Part shown: piece after piece, positions 61,101-64,000 of the stretch
Layout of the letters: each line of letters begins with the position of its first letter
How positions within the stretch are numbered: position 1 is the first letter of the stretch
Source of the DNA: Phoronis australis
Taxonomy: Eukaryota > Animalia > Phoronida
DNA: 64,000 nucleotides
Assembly: GCA_002633005.1 (NCBI GenBank)
Contig: NMRA01000216.1
Location: 49,843 to 113,842 of the forward strand
Reading direction: 5' to 3'
Notes under the pieces: generated by a model
The model's input: only the letters and a program-made list of their open reading frames with translations
Databases searched by the model: none
Told to the model about the DNA's origin: nothing
Made by a program: the position numbers and the translations under genes

Positions 61101-64000
61101 GTGGCGCCTCCTATTGGCAGATTTGTTTTTTTGTGCCCATGGCTGTATCTCCTAAACCGTTTTCAGGATCTGTACTAAACTTAGCAAGTGTATTGATGTG
61201 ATGTTGACAAGGAATGACCACAACTTTCGGTCGGAACTGACTACCAGTGTGTCCCCTAGTGGTAATTTTTGTTTTTTTAGGTTTAACTCTGTGTCTTCAA
61301 AGGCTCTTAATGGATTTTCAGAAAATTTGGAATATAGGCATCTATTGGTGAGATGATTCTATTAAAAGAGCAATGACATGTTCCATTTCTGGATGGCTTG
61401 GACGTTTTTTCTCAATCTTGTGGCCATTTTTATGATACAAATAAAAAACCTCAAAAGCTCACCATGTGCGATGCATTCGTGGGTGCATTTCAACGCTCCG
61501 CATTGCTCTTGTAATATAACCATACAATGTGCATCGTTTTATTTTCCTACCTTCCTACACATCTTCCAGAGTGAAAGAATAGCGAGGGTGAAAATATTTT
61601 AAGAATGGCCCAATTAGTGTTTTTTTTCGTATTAATTAAAAACTCCTTAATGTGTAGTTGATGTGTTTCTTGTCTAACTTGTAGATATAACCAGGACAAT
61701 ACCATCGACTTCCCCATGATGTTGCGTCAGAGCAGTCCTCTTGTTCCTATTCTTCTGATGTACTCGAGCGAGAGTGAGACAGCTGAGAAATTGTTTGTGG
61801 ATTTCGCCAAGCGCAAGCAGAGCCAATACGCCATAGTCCCGCTGTTTAGTATCGCTGGAGAAAAGAACGCTCGTAAACAGCTTTTGAAAGCCATGACGGA
61901 AGTTAGTGATTGTTTTTCTACTGAAAGTTCTTGAAGGGACATTGTCGGCGAGAAAAATAAGTTTTCAAAAAATAAGCAGTAGCATAGAATCAAATCCGCT
62001 AACTCCACTGTAGCAGCCGAATGCTTTATTGCTCTGCCAAGTCCATGTTATTAAATGCTAGGGTATTTTAAGCATGGTGAATGGTAAATACACTGGCCTT
62101 GATTACAACGAGTGTCTGGTGGACATCATTGAGAAATGGTGAATTGTAATATAACCACAAAAAACTATGATTTTGTTGTTTTTAGCTCTGCTCAAAGCCA
62201 ATAACTTCAAGAAGTCTGTCCCATCCAACAATGATCCCAAAATACACTTTTCGGCAGTAAAACCGATAATGTCTCTTTAAAGAAGCTTACATCTGGTTGG
62301 AGTGTGTAATTATGTGCCATTTATGGGAGAAAAAATGATATCAATGACACTGAAAGTAGTTCCCTGTAACCGTGTCAGGAGAATAAAGGTTATCTTTGGC
62401 TTCAATAAGCAAAATGAATGACACTGAATTAGATTTGCTTGAGCTGATTAGGAGATAATGAGCCTCGGAAACTTCCAGTGCCTGCCCATACTGCTATGTC
62501 AATGGAATCGTAGTCTTTTCAATGTTTTTGCCTCTAGATACGAATATTGTCTTCATTTGACACCGCCGGCGATTCATCGTTGTTTTGTCATGGTTGTTCC
62601 AGGGCTCCTGGGTACTACTGCAACACAGTCACAATGTACCGTCGTTCCTGGCTGGCCTGCAGACACTGTTGGCTGAACAGCATCAAGTCGACCCACAGTT
62701 CAGATGTTGGATAGCTGCCCAAATAGACCCCTGCCTTCCGACTAGGATACTGCAGACTGCCATTAAAGTTGTGGTGGACTCCCCTAAAGTAAGCAGGGTT
62801 TAGTCACACTAGCTAATCCTACACTGAACCTGATCTGTCAACACCATGTGAAATGATCGTATTCCCGTCATCATTGGTGTTAATTATGATATATTGTTTT
62901 TGCGTTGTGTTTACATTGAAGTGGAGTGTATTTTGTATTAAGAAAATTATCGTATTGTGATCAAGGCTGACTCATACGAGTGACAGTATTTGTGTGCTTC
63001 GATGAATTCTTACCTCACCACTTCTAAGTAATACTATCTACTAGTTACTCCATCTGGTGTTTGGTCACAAAGACTGACTTTTCTGACCTGCTCTTGATAT
63101 GTTGAGATGACTACGTATTAATTCCAAGTTGCCAGTGTTTCTCAAAGCTGAGTAAAGTATGAGTCCAGACCACCTTTAAAGCCTGTGTGGTGGTTAAATT
63201 CAGTTTTAAATGTGTTACGGTAGCTGTAAATGTCCACAAGCTATACTTTCAATTTTTTCAATCACTGCTTACTCCAGGCTATGAAGGACAACCTGGTCCG
63301 TTCATTCAACCTCAATCATTGCTTATTTCAGGCTATGAAGGACAACCTGGTCCGTTCATTCAACCTCAATCATTGCTTATTTCAGGCTATGAAGGACAAC
63401 CTGGTCCGTTCATTCAACCTCAATCATTGCTTATTTCAGGCTATGAAGGACAACCTGGTCCGTTCATTCAACCTCAATCATTGCTTATTTCAGGCTATGA
63501 AGGACAACCTGGTCCGTTCATTCAACCTCAATCATTGCTTATTTCAGGCTATGAAGGACAACCTGGTCCGTTCATTCAACCTCAATCATTGCTTATTTCA
63601 GGCTATGAAGGACAACCTGGTCCGTTCATTCAACCTCAATCATTGCTTATTTCAGGCTATGAAGGACAACCTGGTCCGTTCATTCAACCTCAATCATTGC
63701 TTATTTCAGGCTATGAAGGACAACCTGGTCCGTTCATTCAACCTCAATCATTGCTTATTTCAGGCTATGAAGGACAACCTGGTCCGTTCATTCAACCTCA
63801 ATCATTGCTTATTTCAGGCTATGAAGGACAACCTGGTCCGTTCATTCAACCTCAATCATTGCTTATTTCAGGCTATGAAGGACAACCTGGTCCGTTCATT
63901 CAACCTCAATCATTGCTTATTTCAGGCTATGAAGGACAACCTGGTCTGTTCATTCAACCTCAATCATTGCTTATTTCAGGCTATGAAGGACAACCTGGTC
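975..64000 (+). CDS. Multi-exon gene span (partial at both ends): divergent axonemal dynein heavy chain, DNAH5/DNAH8-like
   Basis: 61 phase-compatible GT-AG exons translate to ordered dynein motifs: GPAVPGIPPEEAVERL, LKDWDAY, RHW, FPRFYFVSD, GKTET, WGCFDE, GPPGSGKT, GPQGSGKT, FIDDLNLP, HYLFSLRD, PGLLSGC, PLKA..QAELD, WPLLCDP, GSWVLLQH. Tail motifs, SGC and PLKA/QAELD point to the DNAH5/8 class. Confidence 0.93.
1515..1628 (+). CDS. DHC exon 2
   Basis: ttgcag|ELVLLGQLYGLF...SNRE|gtgatc; phase 0-0. Confidence 0.9.
2087..2218 (+). CDS. DHC exon 3 (linker, DHC_N2)
   Basis: tttcag|VESYW...LKDWDAY...LASK|gtaagc; phase 0-0. Confidence 0.92.
3205..3314 (+). CDS. DHC exon 4
   Basis: ttccag|EIRSRHWLQVM...DIGLI|gtaaga; phase 0-2. 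Confidence 0.92.
3623..3719 (+). CDS. DHC exon 5
   Basis: attag|HKTEIEGICHSAAKE...WTEQ|gtgagt; phase 2-0. Confidence 0.92.
3738..4060. repeat. Intronic minisatellite, 62-bp unit, about 5 copies (3 near-perfect)
   Basis: gtcaggatttactagctcatgatttactggtctaatgataactagactaag recurs at 3747, 3809, 3871; diverged copy at 3933. Confidence 0.9.
4310..4573 (+). CDS. DHC exon 6
   Basis: ccgcag|VLTFEHYK...WLEVQDLWQYLEAVF...AAK|gtaagt; phase 0-0. Confidence 0.93.
5017..5109 (+). CDS. DHC exon 7
   Basis: ttccag|ELPQEANRFSRIDKGWIKMM...VLQ|gtcagt; phase 0-0. Confidence 0.93.
5734..5933 (+). CDS. DHC exon 8
   Basis: ttgcag|CCYGG...KRKLFPRFYFVSD...VKPHL|gtatag; phase 0-2. Confidence 0.93.
6445..6643 (+). 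CDS. DHC exon 9 (start of Ser/Thr-rich linker insertion)
   Basis: tttcag|TLFSNVADVEL...LTTMH|gtaagt; phase 2-0. Confidence 0.88.
8104..8380. mobile_element. Possible degenerate MITE with short terminal inverted repeats and TTAA-like flanks
   Basis: tcaaggtaactg (8104) is inverted to cagttacctttaa (8368-8380). Confidence 0.35.
8454..8483 (+). CDS. Candidate 30-nt microexon NKPPTQSKST
   Basis: ctccag|...|gtaagt; phase 0-0 matches flanking exons; composition like the surrounding insertion. Confidence 0.55.
9425..9562 (+). CDS. DHC exon 10
   Basis: ttacag|NINPVLL...AVISTEGELLQLQDQ|gtaata; phase 0-0. Confidence 0.88.
10277..10411 (+). CDS. DHC exon 11
   Basis: ttgtag|IALEDGVEVWL...WALK|gtgagt; phase 0-0. 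Confidence 0.92.
11031..11255 (+). CDS. DHC exon 12
   Basis: tcacag|YPVQVCKIGLLYHWT...RLEGMMT|gtgagt; phase 0-0. Confidence 0.92.
11791..11899 (+). CDS. DHC exon 13
   Basis: ttttag|MSLYLRD...DFEWRRNFRCY|gtaaga; phase 0-1. Confidence 0.92.
12375..12571 (+). CDS. DHC exon 14, AAA1 Walker A (GGTGVGKTET)
   Basis: ttacag|...FGTEFHG...GGTGVGKTETVK|gtaggg; phase 1-0. Confidence 0.93.
13267..13365 (+). CDS. DHC exon 15 (AAA1)
   Basis: ttgcag|ALAQTLG...GRVIQGLSL|gtttgt; phase 0-0. Confidence 0.9.
13841..13978 (+). CDS. DHC exon 16, AAA1 Walker B (WGCFDE)
   Basis: ctacag|DGSWGCFDEVQSI...DGQE|gtatta; phase 0-0. Confidence 0.93.
14383..14609 (+). CDS. DHC exon 17, AAA1 sensor I region
   Basis: catcag|VTLNKSVSFFMTLNP...FRQVSLVMPD...KDL|gtgagt; phase 0-2. 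Confidence 0.93.
15117..15313 (+). CDS. DHC exon 18, AAA1 small subdomain
   Basis: tgatag|PEEFHNQFSVAALTGVL...GNLI|gtaagt; phase 2-1. Confidence 0.9.
15617..16237 (+). CDS. DHC exon 19, 207-codon Ser/Lys/Pro-rich insertion (symmetric, possibly a cassette exon)
   Basis: tgccag|YKHHKSGRNSPTSPRPRSASP...YLPN|gtaact; 621 nt open, phase 1-1. Confidence 0.72.
16554..16721 (+). CDS. DHC exon 20 (insertion; donor could instead be at 16694)
   Basis: cattag|NINANTQELG...RNSVG|gtagac; phase 1-1, good pyrimidine tract. Confidence 0.6.
17439..17578 (+). CDS. DHC exon 21
   Basis: cattag|PLPRAE...EHSMVGQALLEVIGPRLTGD|gtatgt; phase 1-0. Confidence 0.9.
17792..18002. repeat. Intronic minisatellite, 42-bp unit x5
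   Basis: tttcatgtcattgaaaatacaatagtctgtatgcaaattaag tandemly repeated. Confidence 0.95.
18349..18547 (+). CDS. DHC exon 22
   Basis: atgcag|NLMVFKSIVKDIF...WVEKCMQLY...HQ|gtatat; phase 0-1. Confidence 0.92.
18907..19166 (+). CDS. DHC exon 23, AAA2 Walker A (GPPGSGKT)
   Basis: tttcag|VIVAGPPGSGKTS...WVDGIFT...ANR|gtaggt; phase 1-0. Confidence 0.94.
20493..20579 (+). CDS. DHC exon 24 (AAA2)
   Basis: tttcag|NQSTTWLCLDGP...SVLNPSK|gtacgg; phase 0-0. Confidence 0.92.
21368..21475 (+). CDS. DHC exon 25 (AAA2, arginine-finger segment)
   Basis: tttcag|TLHLRNGDRL...FETTNLSEASPATVAKS|gtaatt; phase 0-0. Confidence 0.93.
21949..22035 (+). CDS. DHC exon 26
   Basis: ttccag|GIVFVDKDVVGWNPIAQAWL...VH|gtaagt; phase 0-0. 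Confidence 0.93.
22193..22501. mobile_element. Degenerate foldback/MITE-like inverted repeat
   Basis: taacacgaac...tattctgtgcttgagtat (22195-22238) is inverted to atgctcgagcacagaata...gttcgtgtta (22454-22498). Confidence 0.55.
24998..25062 (+). CDS. DHC exon 27
   Basis: ctgcag|VLTRAFNKTVDAVSNYVLQDA|gtaggt; phase 0-2. Confidence 0.88.
25126..25469. mobile_element. MITE-like element with an internal 55-bp perfect tandem duplication (25132-25246)
   Basis: taaggcaaaaaagc...tggttctagtc is roughly inverted to gaccagaaccagctttttttacctaa; 55-mer occurs twice. Confidence 0.5.
25681..25884 (+). CDS. DHC exon 28
   Basis: ttctag|PSLKLSEIG...ERLYLFCLIWTFGGLL...SS|gtaagt; phase 2-2. Confidence 0.93.
26910..26933 (+). 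CDS. Candidate 24-nt microexon APSATNV(I)
   Basis: ctaac branch-like motif, ctttctag|...|gtaagt; phase 2-2 matches both flanking exons. Confidence 0.6.
29134..29214 (+). CDS. DHC exon 29
   Basis: ccccag|LPDDDRDICVYDYYVDESGEWDPWLS|gtagga; phase 2-2. Confidence 0.93.
31014..31083 (+). CDS. DHC exon 30
   Basis: ttccag|VPEAVY...VFVDTVDT|gtaagg; phase 2-0. Confidence 0.92.
31693..31807 (+). CDS. DHC exon 31, AAA3 Walker A (GPQGSGKT)
   Basis: tgtcag|VRTRIL...VLLVGPQGSGKTS...SQ|gtaatt; phase 0-1. Confidence 0.94.
32140..32238 (+). CDS. DHC exon 32
   Basis: ttccag|PQQIVTKRLVFSAAS...HRQ|gtaagc; phase 1-1. Confidence 0.92.
32836..32936 (+). CDS. DHC exon 33, AAA3 Walker B (FIDDLNLP)
   Basis: tttcag|FVYGAK...FIDDLNLPTKDEYGVQKCNE|gtagga; phase 1-0. 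Confidence 0.94.
32978..33496 (-). mobile_element. 5'-truncated non-LTR retrotransposon (LINE ORF2 C-terminus, 3'UTR, poly-A)
   Basis: Minus ORF 33212-33490 (LNWILLQLKHFIYLSR...P...F...W) resembles LINE ORF2 ends; AATAAA and poly-A on minus strand; 14-bp TSD gatacctgtgtctt at 32964 and 33497. Confidence 0.88.
34120..34269 (+). CDS. DHC exon 34
   Basis: tttcag|LLRQMVD...LEKPFEW...DSRLL|gtatgg; phase 0-0. Confidence 0.93.
35236..35481 (+). CDS. DHC exon 35 (AAA3 sensor II, HYLFSLRD)
   Basis: tttcag|RHFAVF...HYLFSLRDITVCFQ|gtattt; phase 0-0. Confidence 0.94.
35795..35947 (+). CDS. DHC exon 36
   Basis: ttaaag|GLKRL...LWRHEIQRIMRDRL...IRE|gtaagt; phase 0-0. Confidence 0.9.
36384..36658 (+). CDS. 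DHC exon 37
   Basis: ttttag|LWPSL...YNEEF...HVVRMHRIL|gtgagt; phase 0-2. Confidence 0.93.
37156..37342 (+). CDS. DHC exon 38, degenerate AAA4 P-loop
   Basis: ttttag|GNILVIGAVGAHLTTLAKLA...LLFC|gtaggt; phase 2-0. Confidence 0.92.
37827..37934 (+). CDS. DHC exon 39
   Basis: ttctag|ARDL...INSLLVCGEYPHLFSNDELDGLLQ|gtatgt; phase 0-0. Confidence 0.93.
38773..38863. mobile_element. Small palindromic MITE, about 90 bp
   Basis: agggccaggttgcacaaaagttattccttgg is inverted to ccagtggataagttttgtgcaacccaccct. Confidence 0.7.
39336..39445. repeat. Tandem duplication, about 61-bp period x2
   Basis: tgtatggtgtgcRgtgtgtctatacaRcccattagtctatct occurs twice. Confidence 0.85.
40281..40420 (+). CDS. DHC exon 40
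   Basis: tttcag|AIGP...FFVSRVKCNLHIVLCLQP...MA|gtatgt; phase 0-2. Confidence 0.93.
41016..41144 (+). CDS. DHC exon 41
   Basis: ccacag|QYPGLLSGCQLSWMCDWPQESL...DM|gtgagc; phase 2-2. Confidence 0.93.
41400..41560. mobile_element. MITE, about 160 bp, with about 35-bp imperfect terminal inverted repeats
   Basis: accaggcgtgcgttcagtagacgctaggacttgcgcta is inverted to tagcgaggtcctagcgttactgaatgggaggctggt. Confidence 0.7.
41754..41957 (+). CDS. DHC exon 42 (alternative in-phase donor at 41972)
   Basis: ctccag|ESVTTCLANIH...LLEHV|gtctgt; phase 2-2. Confidence 0.85.
42292..42432 (+). CDS. DHC exon 43
   Basis: ttgcag|HRHVHP...VFVGPSTYHRFM...TQL|gtaaga; phase 2-2. Confidence 0.9.
43169..43419 (+). 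CDS. DHC exon 44, stalk CC1
   Basis: acatag|KVIATLDQT...LEKLKARVG...SSDEEEDDALLHE|gtgaga; phase 2-1. Confidence 0.9.
44922..45039. repeat. Minisatellite, 30-bp unit, about 4 copies
   Basis: aaaatgtcagctgtcWgccatgttgtgtcc tandemly repeated. Confidence 0.88.
45184..45329 (+). CDS. DHC exon 45, stalk CC1
   Basis: caacag|EYDEYDKEFDRL...YARQQ|gtaagc; phase 1-0. Confidence 0.9.
46132..46354 (+). CDS. DHC exon 46, MTBD start
   Basis: cttcag|VLHW...IERLKNFSNPPVLVGHVMEMVMTLIG...RK|gtaggc; phase 0-1. Confidence 0.92.
46988..47131 (+). CDS. DHC exon 47, MTBD
   Basis: ttctag|IRTKEM...QWKVMQMAMSDTIKFVDML...VT|gtgaga; phase 1-1. Confidence 0.9.
47781..47861 (+). CDS. DHC exon 48, MTBD
   Basis: ctgcag|VESYLSKG...ENAQ|gtaggt; phase 1-1. 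Confidence 0.85.
48402..48634 (+). CDS. DHC exon 49, MTBD end and CC2
   Basis: attcag|TKFV...AAKFSSEDAAALVQY...GPLKAAL...EHQ|gtatgt; phase 1-0. Confidence 0.92.
49872..49895 (+). CDS. Candidate 24-nt microexon EKLAQLNK (coiled-coil-like)
   Basis: ttctcttttcgtgaccag|...AAG|gtttgt; phase 0-0. Confidence 0.55.
50410..50462. repeat. (TTTG)n microsatellite
   Basis: Imperfect tgtttgtttg run. Confidence 0.85.
51812..52005 (+). CDS. DHC exon 50, stalk CC2
   Basis: acgcag|PSDVEDKVDEDFEEE...QAELDTMQ...VLE|gtatgt; phase 0-2. Confidence 0.92.
52740..52868 (+). CDS. DHC exon 51
   Basis: ttccag|LKPQEKEW...AAAYLVYCGPLGLDT|gtaatt; phase 2-2. Confidence 0.92.
52785..53280 (+). repeat. Tandem array (119/126-bp unit x4) of exon-51 3' part, donor site and intron start
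   Basis: Units start at 52785, 52904, 53030, 53156; AAG|gtaatt at 52868, 52987, 53113, 53239. Confidence 0.97.
54154..54262 (+). CDS. DHC exon 52
   Basis: ccatag|ARMGEFF...FLYDS|gtaagt; phase 2-0. Confidence 0.9.
55183..55368 (+). CDS. DHC exon 53, AAA5
   Basis: tcacag|IQIKAL...LENA...WPLLCDP...WVK...YA|gtgagt; phase 0-0. Confidence 0.93.
56085..56240 (+). CDS. DHC exon 54, AAA5
   Basis: ctatag|ELRSQLETCLSEGFPLLVTDV...KLW|gtatga; phase 0-0. Confidence 0.92.
56594..56803 (+). CDS. DHC exon 55, AAA5
   Basis: tcacag|VGDHEVECDPKFRLYLHT...KEKARLEEERMLLLQ|gtatgt; phase 0-0. Confidence 0.94.
57408..57553 (+). CDS. DHC exon 56 (buttress region)
   Basis: ttgcag|EHIENM...LLSSDTRLLND...LE|gtaaat; phase 0-2. 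Confidence 0.9.
57865..58050 (+). CDS. DHC exon 57
   Basis: ttccag|QSRVE...AREGYRSIAQRGAVCF...VNLLYQTSYKQF|gtaggt; phase 2-2. Confidence 0.93.
59470..59581 (+). CDS. DHC exon 58
   Basis: ttacag|AAVK...LTYSSY...RSLLEKDKLIY...LE|gtaact; phase 2-0. Confidence 0.92.
60028..60368 (+). CDS. DHC exon 59 (5' end lost at N 60027)
   Basis: KKPFDWMTDD...QRLLLLRSVRSDRL...VLGK|gtgagt; no in-frame acceptor before the N. Confidence 0.88.
60717..61512 (+). mobile_element. Helentron/Helitron-derived non-autonomous element (HINE/DINE-like)
   Basis: T-run, GTCY-like short repeats, diverged core repeats (ggctgtatcWcctaaacc...cagga...aaaYttRg at 60781 and 61141, weaker near 61003 and 61290), terminal gcatt...gcattgctcttgt. 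Confidence 0.6.
61685..61901 (+). CDS. DHC exon 60, AAA6
   Basis: ttgtag|YNQDNTIDF...SSPLVPILLMYS...KAMTE|gttagt; phase 2-0. Confidence 0.92.
62603..62788 (+). CDS. DHC exon 61, AAA6
   Basis: ttccag|GSWVLLQHSH...QFRCWI...LPTRILQTAIKVVVDSPK|gtaagc; phase 0-0. Confidence 0.93.
63260..64000 (+). repeat. 54-bp tandem array of intron 3' end, acceptor and start of exon 62 (AMKDNLVRSFN); runs off the window
   Basis: aatcattgcttatttcag|gctatgaaggacaacctggtccgttcattcaacctc; exon-start copies at 63278+54n, 14 visible. Confidence 0.97.

Noticed and set aside
975-62788. Pseudogene call for the dynein
   Set aside because: No stop or frameshift over 61 exons with canonical splice sites; the only break is at an N
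975-62788. Assigning symbol DNAH5, DNAH8 or DNHD1
   Set aside because: Motifs indicate DNAH5/8 affinity, but the motor domain is too divergent to claim orthology without a tree
918-62803. Remaining short ORFs in the six-frame track as independent or nested genes
   Set aside because: They are exon read-throughs, antisense shadows of exons or random intronic ORFs with no recognisable motifs
63260-64000. CRISPR array
   Set aside because: Units are head-to-tail with no unique spacers, no cas genes are present, and the context is a eukaryotic intron/exon junction

Overview
Eukaryotic DNA, probably a marine invertebrate (inference from AT-rich introns and a Helentron-type insertion). The whole window is the interior of one + strand, intron-rich gene encoding a highly divergent axonemal dynein heavy chain of the outer-arm DNAH5/DNAH8 (gamma) type. 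I traced 61 GT-AG exons with matching phases (about 10.3 kb, about 3,425 codons, no internal stops) from the tail/linker through AAA1-AAA4, stalk/MTBD, AAA5 and into AAA6, plus three good microexon candidates. Two things stand out. (1) The reading frame is intact but the motor chemistry is eroded: AAA1 lacks its sensor-II Arg and its trans Arg finger, the AAA4 P-loop is gone, and large insertions sit in the linker, AAA1, stalk and MTBD, suggesting a candidate pseudo-motor dynein. (2) Exon/intron junctions are repeatedly tandem-duplicated into neighbouring introns at different ages, including a 54-bp array giving at least 14 in-frame splice acceptors. Introns also hold a 5'-truncated LINE with a target-site duplication, a HINE-like element, MITEs and minisatellites. 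Two single Ns (515, 60027) look like assembly joins. Canonical dynein motifs are recalled from memory, not aligned; no searches were run.
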